From an uncultured Bacteroidota bacterium (GTDB taxonomy: Bacteria > Bacteroidota > Bacteroidia > AKYH767-A > 2013-40CM-41-45): 64,000 nt of DNA. Shown here in pieces: positions 29,599-39,400 of the stretch (positions within the stretch are counted from its first letter, which is position 1; the number at the start of each line of letters is the position of its first letter). The DNA lies in NCBI GenBank assembly GCA_937871435.1, contig CALMQM010000072.1:3145-67144 (forward strand), written 5' to 3'. Under the pieces are notes generated by a model. It had not been told where the DNA came from. It ran no database searches and was given only the letters and a program-made list of their open reading frames with translations. Position numbers and translations under genes: made by a program.

Positions 29599-30342
29599 TT
29601 ACTCCCTACTTCTTTTCCCTTTCATCATCGCGTAAATCTCAAACTTCTGTTTGATGTACACACAGAAATCATACTGCGAAGCTTTTTTCATGTATTCTTC
29701 CGAAACATTACAGAAGTCTACAAAATAATCAAACTCACCATTGTCAAGATTAATAATATCACCTGCAACATAATTGGCAAGCAACTCTTTCAACAATTCT
29801 CTTCGTTTATCATTGTTAATTCGTTCAGCATTGTGTCTCTTCAAACGTTCAAGTCTGTTAAATTCCTGATACAAAAATGTGATCGGGCTCTGCAATGCAG
29901 GAACTCCTCCGATTTGAAAATCACGTTTGTTGTATCCCAGTTTTTCTATGTCTTTATAAATGTTCTCCAGATCACGTGGAGCGAATACGACAACCTCTTT
30001 CAACTTCACATTTAGCTTAACCAATGGAACATTGATAAAATAATCAGGCTTCAGAATCGAATCCTTTACAGTGATTCGTTTGTATTCATATCCGGTGGAC
30101 GCCACTAAAAGTGTATCTGATTTCAGTGCATCCGACTGAAAACTTCCGTCTGCTTTACCAAATACTCCCTGAGAGGTACGAAGGTTAATGATCATCAAAT
30201 CATCCAGTCTCACTTCAGGATGATCCTGCTGATAAGCATTTCCGCGGATACTCACCCGAACTGAATCCTGTCCGGATGAAAGCGAAGCGCTAATGATGAC
30301 AAGAAAGCAAACAGACAAAATCCGGCGAAGGGAATGTAACAT
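29599..30342 (-). CDS. hypothetical secreted protein (CarboxypepD_reg-like N-terminal region)
   Basis: The start at ATG 30342 gives the signal peptide MLHSLRRILSVCFLVIISASL. No catalytic motif was seen. Confidence 0.6.
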   Translation of the reverse strand: MLHSLRRILSVCFLVIISASLSSGQDSVRVSIRGNAYQQDHPEVRLDDLMIINLRTSQGVFGKADGSFQSDALKSDTLLVASTGYEYKRITVKDSILKPDYFINVPLVKLNVKLKEVVVFAPRDLENIYKDIEKLGYNKRDFQIGGVPALQSPITFLYQEFNRLERLKRHNAERINNDKRRELLKELLANYVAGDIINLDNGEFDYFVDFCNVSEEYMKKASQYDFCVYIKQKFEIYAMMKGKRSRE

Positions 30343-30705
30343 GAATGTAAAGGAGTTGGTGTCGACTATTTCGCACAACGAAAGTAAGGAGATTTTCTTG
30401 TATCCACATCCACATTCATCCGGTGATCATGTCCCTAATGCCCAATAGCTATCTGCCTGAAACATACATTCATGGAAAATTGATTCAGAATTTAAAGCAC
30501 AAGTTGAATGTAAATTTTCTGCACAAACAATAAATTTCCCTGACTCAATGTTAACTGATTTCAAAGATGCCGGAGTCAGATTCTACTCCTGTTATCAACA
30601 TCATTCAAAAAGATAAAACAAATAATTTCCGTATCTGCGAAACGATCAATTGTTAACATCAAATACAAATCAAACATATATACGATTTCATTTTACTGAA
30701 AAGAA

Positions 30706-32487
30706 ATGAGTACTTTAGTACATCGGTTCAAAAGCGTGATTGTTGATGATGGAATGAAACCTTTCGCCCTCACAAAAAGAGTTCTCATACTTTGCAGCGT
30801 CCTCATAGGATTGCTTGCAGCAATGAGTGCCGTCCTTCTTAAAAACGGCATTCACCTTATCCGCTTGTTTATTCAGCTTATCGTTTATCATTTCGGTGCC
30901 GATTTCATTTACATTTTATTGCCTGTAATCGGGATTCTACTCACCACTTATTACGTACAGACATTTTTAAAAGGAAAACTGGGAAGAGGAATTACAAATA
31001 TTCTTTTTAATATTTCCCGTCGATCCGGCAATGTCCCGCAGGACAAAGTCTATTCTCAGATGATCACCAGTATTCTCACTGTTGGTTTTGGCGGATCAGC
31101 AGGATTGGAAGCTCCCATTGCTTCCACCGGCGCGGCAATTGGAAGTGTAGTGGCACGAAGATTTGGATTCGGTGTAAAAGAAAGAATTCTTCTTCTCGCC
31201 TGCGGAGCGGCTGCAGGTGTATCCGCAATTTTCAATGCTCCTATCGCCGGAGTTATTTTCGCTCTCGAAGTATTGCTTGTAGACATGCCACTTCCTGTTG
31301 TAGTTCCGATCCTCATCTCTTCGGCAACAGCAGCATTGTTTTCAAAATTTATTTTCTCCGGTCAACCTTTCGTACTCATCACAGATTCCTGGAATGCACA
31401 CCACTTTCCTTACTTTGTTCTCTTTGCCATCCTTTGTGCATTAGTCTCTGTTATTTGTAAAAAAATTTATTTTTTCTTCGAAGACTTTACCGCAAAACAT
31501 CATTCACCATACCGCAACGCGATCATAGGCGGACTCATTCTCGGGGTTTTCATTTATCTGATTCCACCCCTGTTCGGTGAAGGTTATGACAGTGTTCAAT
31601 CTCTTCTCCAAAATCAGCCGGACCTTCTTCGTCCTTCCTGGATTCATCTCAATACAATCGGTCCATGGTTGATTGTGCTTTCTGCATTCCTGTTGGTTTT
31701 TTTAAAGGTCACCGCGACATCAATTACCGTAAGCAGCGGTGGAAACGGTGGCATGTTCGGCTCCTCACTTTTCATGGGAGCAATGTTCGGCTTTGCTTAT
31801 TCCAGAAGCATTAATCTTCTCGGAATAACTCAACTCAACGAGATTAATTTTATCGTAATCGGAATGGCTGCACTGATGAGCGGCATCATTCATTCTCCCC
31901 TTACTGCAATATTTCTCATCGCTGAAATTACGAGTGGTTATGCATTGCTTGTTCCCTTGATGATAGTCACCTCCGTGTGTTTTCTGATCACCAGATATTA
32001 CAGCCCTTCATCTGTGTACACGCGCAAACTTATTCAGCAGGGAAATCTTCCTGAAGCAAACAAAGATCTGGTCGTACTCAACCAAATGAAACTCTCGCGT
32101 TATGTGGAACGCAATTTCAGTATCATGAAACCGGATCAAACACTCGGTGAATTGGTTCAGGCTATTTCCGTTTCCAAAAGAAATATTTTTCCTGTCGTGG
32201 AAGAAGATGGAAGTCTTGCCGGTGTCATCCTCCTTGATGACATCCGCAGTATTATGTTCTCAAAAGAAAAATATCCGACAACCATTTTAAAAGATCTGAT
32301 GACACCAGCTCCCGCTATTCTCGATGTCAAAGATTCCATGCGGGAAGTGATGGATATTTTTGAATCCTGCGGCGCATGGAATCTGCCTGTTGTGGATGAT
32401 GGTAGATATATCGGCTTCGTTTCAAAATCCGCTATCTATTCCCAATACAGAGAACTGTTGGTAAAAGAAACTGCTTTACCTGCATAA
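30706..32487 (+). CDS. ClC-family chloride channel/transporter with two C-terminal CBS domains
   Basis: ClC selectivity-filter-like motifs are GGSAGLEAP, GAAAGVSAIFNAPIAGVIFALE and GGNGGMFGSS. A C-terminal CBS pair is present (IFPVVEEDGSLAGVI, NLPVVDDGRYIGFV). Confidence 0.85.
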   Translation: MSTLVHRFKSVIVDDGMKPFALTKRVLILCSVLIGLLAAMSAVLLKNGIHLIRLFIQLIVYHFGADFIYILLPVIGILLTTYYVQTFLKGKLGRGITNILFNISRRSGNVPQDKVYSQMITSILTVGFGGSAGLEAPIASTGAAIGSVVARRFGFGVKERILLLACGAAAGVSAIFNAPIAGVIFALEVLLVDMPLPVVVPILISSATAALFSKFIFSGQPFVLITDSWNAHHFPYFVLFAILCALVSVICKKIYFFFEDFTAKHHSPYRNAIIGGLILGVFIYLIPPLFGEGYDSVQSLLQNQPDLLRPSWIHLNTIGPWLIVLSAFLLVFLKVTATSITVSSGGNGGMFGSSLFMGAMFGFAYSRSINLLGITQLNEINFIVIGMAALMSGIIHSPLTAIFLIAEITSGYALLVPLMIVTSVCFLITRYYSPSSVYTRKLIQQGNLPEANKDLVVLNQMKLSRYVERNFSIMKPDQTLGELVQAISVSKRNIFPVVEEDGSLAGVILLDDIRSIMFSKEKYPTTILKDLMTPAPAILDVKDSMREVMDIFESCGAWNLPVVDDGRYIGFVSKSAIYSQYRELLVKETALPA

Positions 32488-32549
32488 TTGCTCTTTTAAA
32501 AAAGCCTCTTGTTTCCTCGTATTTTCTTGATTTCAGCAATGAAATATCC

Positions 32550-32557
32550 TATTTTTG
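32550..32557 (+). promoter_or_regulatory. candidate -7 promoter box for efp
   Basis: TATTTTTG lies 39 nt upstream of the ATG at 32596. Confidence 0.4.
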
Positions 32558-32595
32558 CAGGCCTTAACGATTAAAAACCTTTAATTTTCAATAAA

Positions 32596-33156
32596 ATGGC
32601 TAATACAGGAGACGTAAAAGTAGGTAGCATCCTCCGTTACAATGGTGAATTGTGCCAGGTTACCGAATTCCAACACCGTACACCGGGTAATTTGCGTGCA
32701 TTTTATCAGGCTAAAATGAAGAATTTGAAGACCGGAAAAGTGGTGGAAAACCGTTTTCGCGCCGGTGAAGAAGTTGAAATCGCCCGCGTCGAATACAAAG
32801 AAATGCAATTCATTTATCCCGAAGGAGAACACATCGTCGTGATGGATAATGAAACCTACGAACAAATGCATATTCCTGCTGAAATGTTCGGCGAAAATGC
32901 AAAACTCCTTAAAGAAGGAATGATCGTAAAAATTGCTTTCGAAAATGATCAACCATTGCTTGCTGAACCTCCAACATTTGTTGAACTCGAAGTAACTTAT
33001 ACCGAACCAGGTTTGAAAGGTGATACTGCCACAAACACGCTGAAACCTGCAACTGTAGAAACAGGTGCAGTGGTTCAGGTTCCACTCTTCGTGAATACAG
33101 GCGAAGTTATTAAGATCGATACACGCGACTGGAGCTATTCCGGTAAAGTGAAATAA
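32596..33156 (+). CDS. efp: translation elongation factor P
   Basis: This 186-aa protein has EF-P hallmarks throughout: GNLRAFYQAKMKNLKTGK, KPATVETGAVVQVPLFV and YSGKVK at the end. Confidence 0.95.
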   Translation: MANTGDVKVGSILRYNGELCQVTEFQHRTPGNLRAFYQAKMKNLKTGKVVENRFRAGEEVEIARVEYKEMQFIYPEGEHIVVMDNETYEQMHIPAEMFGENAKLLKEGMIVKIAFENDQPLLAEPPTFVELEVTYTEPGLKGDTATNTLKPATVETGAVVQVPLFVNTGEVIKIDTRDWSYSGKVK

Positions 33157-33172
33157 AAACCAAATCTCTTTC

Positions 33173-33197
33173 AACCGCCTCCGGGCGGTTTTTTTTT
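33173..33197 (+). terminator. intrinsic terminator of efp
   Basis: The stem aaccgcc / ggcggtt encloses a 4-nt loop (tccg) and is followed by a T-run (9 consecutive T counting the two 3' stem T, 33189-33197). It begins 17 nt after the efp stop. Confidence 0.85.
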
Positions 33198-33277
33198 GCC
33201 CTCTTTTGAGCCCCACACACCAAAAAATTCTGCTTTCTCAGTCTTCTCATCGTATCTTCGTCTTGTTCCATTCTTCC

Positions 33278-33709
33278 ATGAAAAAAGACTTTCACCGTAA
33301 ACCCGAAAGCTTCATCCGCCAGCCAAATTACCCCGGTGGAAAAAAAGCATTGGAAAAATTTCTCACCGAAAATCTGAAGTATCCTGAAACGGCTCTTGAA
33401 AATAAAATTGAAGGAACTGTCTCTGTCAGCTTCGATCTCGATGTGTTCGGTGATGTATCCGAAGTAAAAGTCAAACACGGTATCGGTTATGGATGCGATG
33501 AAGAAGCTATTCGACTCGTCAGCATGTTAAAATTTGAAAAGAAAAAATACAAAGGCATGCGTGTCATCTTTCACAAGAGTATAAGCATCCATTTCAAATT
33601 GCATCAGGCGAGTAAACCACCGGTTGCAGAACAAACTATCACTTATCAATACACGGAAAACAAGAAACCGGAAAACAAACCTGTTTATTCTTATAAGATA
33701 AACCGGTGA
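33278..33709 (+). CDS. TonB C-terminal-domain protein
   Basis: YPETALENKIEGTVSVSFDLDVFGDVSEVKV...GYGCDEEAIRLV matches the TonB_C fold signature. I chose the ATG at 33278 because the terminator occupies the longer ORF's 5' end. Confidence 0.7.
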   Translation: MKKDFHRKPESFIRQPNYPGGKKALEKFLTENLKYPETALENKIEGTVSVSFDLDVFGDVSEVKVKHGIGYGCDEEAIRLVSMLKFEKKKYKGMRVIFHKSISIHFKLHQASKPPVAEQTITYQYTENKKPENKPVYSYKINR

Positions 33710-33761
33710 TTTTTTTTACCGGCATGAGGGAGTTTGAAGAAAACATCTTACCTTTTCTCTC

Positions 33762-35567
33762 ATGAAAAAGATCATCTTGCTCACAGCGTGGCTTTGTCTC
33801 ATTTTAAATATTCAAACTTCTCCACTTTTCGCACAAGTTATTCCTCCAGACAGATTAACAAACTGGAGTATTGCAGGCTATCCTGATTCTATCCCTGATC
33901 CGACGGTAGTGCTGGATGTGATGAATTACGGAGCTGTGGCAGATGGTGTCACTGACGATTATCTTGCCATCAGTTCGGCAATCTCCGCGCTCAATGGCAC
34001 GCGTGGTGTAGTTTATTTTCCGGCGGGTACCTATGCGATACATTCATCTTTCTATCTTTCGGACAGCGTCATTCTTCGCGGGGCAGGAGCAGATTCTACA
34101 CATCTCCTCTTCGACTTCAGTGGAGCCACAGCCAATGCCATCAATATCTCCGGTAGTGTTTCTGCAAACGCTGTTTCTGTTATTTCCGGTGCGGAAAAAG
34201 GCAGTCTATCGATCCTTGTTGATGATGCTTCTACCTATGCTGCCGGCGACTACGTGGAACTGGAGCAACTCAACGGAAGCTGGGACACTCAACCGGTTTC
34301 ATGGGCGGAATATTCTGTCGGACAAATTCTGCATCTGTCATCCGTGTCAGGCGACACATTGTTTTTCGATGCACCGCTGAGAATTTCCTACGATACGTCC
34401 TTGCAAACACATGTGCGTAAAATGAGTACTGCGCATGAAGTTGGAATTGAATGCCTGAAAATTTCCCGTGCCGACAGCGTACATGTTGGCGTATGTTTCA
34501 ATATTTACTACAACTACGCTGTCAACTGCTGGGTGCAGGGAGTTGAAAGTGCAAAAAGTATTGGAAGTCACATTGAAATGGACGCAAGCTCCAACATCAG
34601 CATCTCCGGCTGTTACATTCACCATTGTTTTGAATACGATGGCACATCAACACATGGGTATGGAATAACTTTATTCAAACATACCGGACAATGTCTCGTT
34701 GAAAACAATATTCTCCGCCATTTACGTCATTGCTATTCTCTTCAATGCGGCAGCAATGGAAATGTGATCGCCTACAATTACAGTCTCGAACCAAACAGAT
34801 CCGAATTTCCTGCCAATTATGGAGCAGATATTTCCATGCATGGGCATTTTACTTTTGCGAATCTCTTTGAAAGCAATATCGTTCAGAATTTACAGATTGA
34901 TCAGACCTGGGGACCAACCGGACCATACAACACATTTTTCCGCAACCGTGTGGAACTCTACGGGATCCTCATGAGTTCAGGAACTGTAGAATCTGACTCC
35001 CAAAGTTTTGTCGGCAATGAAGTCACAAACACAGGAGCATTTCTCGGAAACTATTCTCTCACAGGAAGCGGACATTTTGAATATGGCAACAACGTGAGAG
35101 GCACTACCACTCCTGCAGGTACTTCAGGTCTTACGGATTCGTCTTATTACTTATCGTCACAACCTGCATTCTGGCAAGGCACATCAACATGGCCATCTAT
35201 CGGTTATCCAAATTCAAGTGGCGCAGGCAGTATTCCGGCACGTGATCGCTTTATCAATGGAACAGAATTCACCGTATGCCGGCAAGAAATTATCAATGGA
35301 ATTTCCTCAACTGAATTTTCTGAAACTGAATTTTTCATTTTCCCAAATCCGGTAAACAACGAATTGAATTTTTCACTCAGCGAATCCATCAAAGAAAAAG
35401 TTCTGGTTCAGATTGTTGATCTGTGTGGAAAAGTAATTTTTGCTTCCATTCAAAATCTCTCCTCAGGCCAAAATAAAATTATAGATTTCAACTTACAACC
35501 GGGAATTTACTTTTTGTGCATCACCACTTCCTCTCATTCACTCAATCAACGATTTATTCAAAACTAA
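33762..35567 (+). CDS. secreted right-handed beta-helix (pectate-lyase-fold) protein with a T9SS type A sorting domain
   Basis: A signal peptide is present. The N-terminal VMNYGAVADGVTDDYLAISSAI...GVVYFPAGTY is typical of the pectate_lyase_3 superfamily. The CTD reads FPNPVNNELNF...GIYFLCI. Confidence 0.8.
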   Translation: MKKIILLTAWLCLILNIQTSPLFAQVIPPDRLTNWSIAGYPDSIPDPTVVLDVMNYGAVADGVTDDYLAISSAISALNGTRGVVYFPAGTYAIHSSFYLSDSVILRGAGADSTHLLFDFSGATANAINISGSVSANAVSVISGAEKGSLSILVDDASTYAAGDYVELEQLNGSWDTQPVSWAEYSVGQILHLSSVSGDTLFFDAPLRISYDTSLQTHVRKMSTAHEVGIECLKISRADSVHVGVCFNIYYNYAVNCWVQGVESAKSIGSHIEMDASSNISISGCYIHHCFEYDGTSTHGYGITLFKHTGQCLVENNILRHLRHCYSLQCGSNGNVIAYNYSLEPNRSEFPANYGADISMHGHFTFANLFESNIVQNLQIDQTWGPTGPYNTFFRNRVELYGILMSSGTVESDSQSFVGNEVTNTGAFLGNYSLTGSGHFEYGNNVRGTTTPAGTSGLTDSSYYLSSQPAFWQGTSTWPSIGYPNSSGAGSIPARDRFINGTEFTVCRQEIINGISSTEFSETEFFIFPNPVNNELNFSLSESIKEKVLVQIVDLCGKVIFASIQNLSSGQNKIIDFNLQPGIYFLCITTSSHSLNQRFIQN

Positions 35568-35576
35568 ATCGCTTTT

Positions 35577-35645
35577 CTTTGCGTCCTTTGCGCCTTTGCG
35601 AGAATATTTTTCACGCAAGGACGCAAAGACGCAAAGAGCGCAAAG
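35577..35645. repeat. palindromic heptad-repeat element, copy 2 (CTTTGCG-type arms); likely a bidirectional terminator
   Basis: The left arm is ctttgcg-tc-ctttgcg-c-ctttgcg (35577-35600) and the loop is agaatatttttca. The right arm is cgcaagg-a-cgcaaag-a-cgcaaag-ag-cgcaaag (35614-35645). Three 7-bp helices can stack. It lies between convergent stops at 35567 (+) and 35650 (-). Confidence 0.8.
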
Positions 35646-35649
35646 ATGA

Positions 35650-36273
35650 TTAATGCTTTTCAGGAAAAGTAGTGCGGAAAATATAATCCCAGATCTTTGA
35701 ACTTACACCATAACCATTGTGCATGTCTTTGTAATGATGCAACATGTGGTGATGCTTCAGGTTTAGCCAAAACTTACTTTTAAAGTTGTAATGATGAATG
35801 GCATAATGAGTCATGTCATAAAATAAATATCCTGAAATAAAACCGATAAAAAATGGAGCGGTGTGAGGAGCACCCAATAGAAACCGGAAGAGGAAATAAA
35901 ATAACGTAGCAAGTGGTATACTCACAGTTGGAACCATCACCAATCGTTTGCTGTCACTTGGATAATCATGGTGTACACCGTGAAAAATAAAATGTATCCT
36001 CTCTCCTATTTTTCCGGGAGGTTGCCAGTGAAATACAAAACGATGCAACACATATTCAGTCAGCGTCCATACAAATAATCCGAACAGCACATACCCGATG
36101 ATCGAAAGAAAACTCAAATGATAGAATGCAATCGATTGATAGCCGAAATAAAAAATAACCGGAACAAAAATAAAAAGCGGAACAGAATAATGGATTCGGG
36201 TGAAAGTTTCCAAAAAGGAATTTTCAAACATCCTTACCGTTTCATCTTTATTGCTGATAAAATTCTTTGCCAT
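35650..36273 (-). CDS. fatty acid hydroxylase superfamily membrane protein (FA2H/sterol-desaturase-like)
   Basis: Three di-iron histidine boxes, HRFVFH, HGVHHDYP and HHMLHHY, sit in a 207-aa 4-TM protein. Confidence 0.8.
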   Translation of the reverse strand: MAKNFISNKDETVRMFENSFLETFTRIHYSVPLFIFVPVIFYFGYQSIAFYHLSFLSIIGYVLFGLFVWTLTEYVLHRFVFHWQPPGKIGERIHFIFHGVHHDYPSDSKRLVMVPTVSIPLATLFYFLFRFLLGAPHTAPFFIGFISGYLFYDMTHYAIHHYNFKSKFWLNLKHHHMLHHYKDMHNGYGVSSKIWDYIFRTTFPEKH

Positions 36274-36291
36274 GAAGCTATTTCAATGAAG

Positions 36292-36299
36292 CAAAATTA
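36292..36299 (-). promoter_or_regulatory. candidate -7 promoter box for the hydroxylase gene
   Basis: The minus strand reads TAATTTTG, 19 nt upstream of the ATG at 36273. Confidence 0.35.
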
Positions 36300-36415
36300 A
36301 GTGAATTGATTGAAAATAATCAAGTAAGCCGACAGATTTAACCAAATCCATTGATTTCCACATAAATTTAATGAAAGGAAATCTTTTGCTATCCTCTAAA
36401 ATTGCAATTACCTTA

Positions 36416-39400
36416 TTACCTCACGATCGTAACACGTCCTGTCACAATCTGACGATCAAATTTGCTGTCCTTCAAATCAACACGATACACATACACACCA
36501 TCGTGCGCAGGGTGACTCGAACCATTCACACTTCCATCCCAGGGCTTGTTCTTGTTGCCATCAAATATTTTTTCTCCCCATCTGTCCCAGATACTGAATT
36601 CATAATCCCCCAGACTCGCTCCTATCGGCGACCAGGTTTCATTGATCAAATCTCCATTCGGAGAAAAAGAATTCGGATAAAAAACAGAGATATCCTCACG
36701 TACCACAATGTGGTAGTTCAATGTATCATAACATCCCAGCGGACTCCTTGTCACAAGTGACACATCATAAGAACCGGGAGTCTGAAAAGTGTGTACAGGA
36801 TTTTGAACCAGACTCGTATCTCCATCACTGAAATACCAGGTCAGAAAACTTGTGTTCGTACTTTGGTTGTGAAACTGAACAGTATTGTTGAATGTACTTG
36901 GCTCTTCCGGCGAAAAAATAAAATCGGCGACTGATCCGGGTAATACCTGTACAAGAATGCTGTCCGATTCCGGTGTCGATCCGCACTGATCTGATATAGT
37001 AACCGCATGATAAGCGGATGTTTCGGGGTAAATCACAATGGAATCATTCAATGAAGGACTTTCTGACCATACATATGTATAAGGGCCACCGTCTCCACCG
37101 GATGGAATCGCAGTCAATATCACCGGAGTTCCCGGGCATACATTATTCGATCCATTCATCTGAACAGACAATGCCGGAAAAGTTGAGATCAAAATAGTAT
37201 TTGAAGTATCCGCAGTCTGAGTGACACAGGGTGCATCTGAGGTCATGATGACACTCACAACATCTCCTTGTTGCAAAGTACTCGATTGCAATGTCGATCC
37301 GCTGCCGGAAGCAATTCCATTGATGAGCCAATTGTAAACAGGTTGATTGCCACCATTGACCGGTGTCGCAGTCACATTTACCGTTTGTCCCCGGCATATC
37401 GTTGTGCCCGGTACAGCTGCAATGGAAACAGACGGTGTTACATAGGCCGACAACGCAGCCAGATAATTATTCGATTGAACAACCGGAACTGTAGCACAGG
37501 CACTATTGGAGGTGAGTGTTGCCACAATGATGTCTCCATTCTGCAACGCAATCGAAACCGTATCATTATTACTTCCAACCGCTGTACCGTTTTGTGTCCA
37601 TGAAAAAACAGGAGCGGAACCGCCATTGGTAGTTGTCGCGACAAATTGAATGATCGCTCCCACACACAACCCTGTTGTGGAAGGAGAAATAGAAATCGTT
37701 GGAGCGACGGTTACCGATACCTGCATCACTACATCCGCCGTATCCGAAGGTACAACTGCACAACTCAACGAAGATTGAACAACAACACTGACAGAATCCA
37801 TGTCATTAAATGCTGATGAATTGAACAAACTGTCTGTATCCGATTGCAACACACCATTAATGTACCATGAAAAAACAGGAGTACTACCTGCACCGGAAGA
37901 ACTGGCAGTGATAGTTACCGCGTCTCCCTGACAAATGGAAGTTGACGGTGCTGCAACCACATTCACGGATGGAGATGCAGCCGGAGAAACAGTAACAAGA
38001 GTATGAGAATTTGCATTTGTAGGATTTACACAAAATGCGGAAGATGTTAATTCAACGCTTACGGAATCACCGTTTGACGGACTCAAAAAAGTAAAGGTGG
38101 AATCAGCAGAAGCAGGACCGGCAGGAATACCATTGACATACCATCGAAACATCGGACTCGTACCACCAAACAAACTGCTGGCTGTAAATTGAATGGAATC
38201 ACCCTGACACACGGCACCGGATGGATTCGAAGCAATGTTCACCACAGGAATACTCGGTACACGGATCGCTACATGAACCGTATCCACATCATTCGGAGTG
38301 GAAACACAACTCAGAGAAGATGTCATCGTCACTCCAACAATGGTGTCAGTTGATTGAATGGTCGTGCTGAACGTAGACGAAGTAGCTCCCGCTACATTCA
38401 CTCCATTCACAGTCCATTGATAAGTCGGACTCCCGCCACCATTCAACTGACTTGTACTGAATGTAACCGGCGAACCGGGACAAACTGTTGTATCCGGAGT
38501 CACAGTTACGACAGGAGAAACAGCATTCGTCACATTTACAAACACGGAAGCAGTGTCAATCGTTGGTGAGGCGCAGGAAGAATTGGAACTCATCTCTACC
38601 TGAACCAAACTTCCATTCACAAGATTGCTGTAATACAATGAATCCGAACTGCCGCTTAGTACCTGAACTCCGTCAACAAACCAGGTGTAAACCGGAGAAG
38701 ATCCTCCATTGGTTGGACTGGCATAGAAATGCATTGTATCACCCGGACAAATTGCGCTCAATGGGACGGTAGACAAGGATACCTGAGCGGCATTTAATCC
38801 ATCAACCGTCAGTGTCAGTGTTGAATCAAATACACAACCGGAAGAACTGTAATTCAATGTTACCGGATAAGACCCCTGAATCGCATAACTGATAATCGGT
38901 TGTTTGTTGTTCTGGATATTTCCACCCGGTGCATTCGATCCCGGCAAGGTCCAGTCGTAATTCGAAACAGCCCCTCCTCCGCTTCCGAGTAAAGTCACAG
39001 GCTGACCAATGCACACAGGATTCTGACTGAAAGAAAATCCCGGATTCACATTCGGCGTGACTGTCACTGTTGAACTTCCTGTCGCCGTTGATCCGCAAGC
39101 ATCTGTAACGGTAAGCGTATAGGTTGTTGTCAATGCCGGTCGCACATACATGGAATCATTGTTGATTCCTGCAGGATTCCAGGAAAACTGATAGGGTCCT
39201 ACTCCATACTCCGGATTTCCTGAAATCAAAACAGAATCTCCTCCGCAGATTGCCTGAGGAGGTGTAAATGTGTTCATCTCCAGAGTTCTTCCCTCCACAA
39301 ACATTATCCAGGGCTGAGAAGCACGAACACAGGCGCTACCGCACGCGGCACTCGGATCATTATTGCAACGGTAAAAATGCAAAGTGAAATTAAGATTTTG

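Noticed and set aside
30379-30705. Possible fluoride (crcB-motif) riboswitch in the 327-nt region upstream of the ClC channel gene
   Set aside because: I could not find the conserved fluoride-riboswitch core (GGCGATG...AACCGCC...CTGATGA...CCTAC-like blocks). The channel also carries C-terminal CBS domains, which is typical of canonical ClC and not of riboswitch-controlled ClC-F.
32581-33216. A 211-aa ORF antisense to efp
   Set aside because: It is a shadow ORF lying exactly opposite an unambiguous EF-P gene, it is Cys, Phe and His rich with no domain features. The same reasoning rejects 58006-58587 (opposite murQ), 17913-18389 (opposite valS), 40151-40567 and 36371-36760 (opposite the adhesin gene), 5539-5883 (opposite the LOX-like gene), and the many 60-130-aa ORFs inside larger genes.
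37000-39260. Periodic DNA similarity that might be taken for a CRISPR array or a non-coding tandem repeat
   Set aside because: The periodicity is about 260 bp and lies inside one continuous 4.3-kb ORF. The copies are diverged at the nucleotide level but conserve protein-level Cys, Gly and Trp positions. These are coding Ig-like modules with no short direct repeats or spacers.
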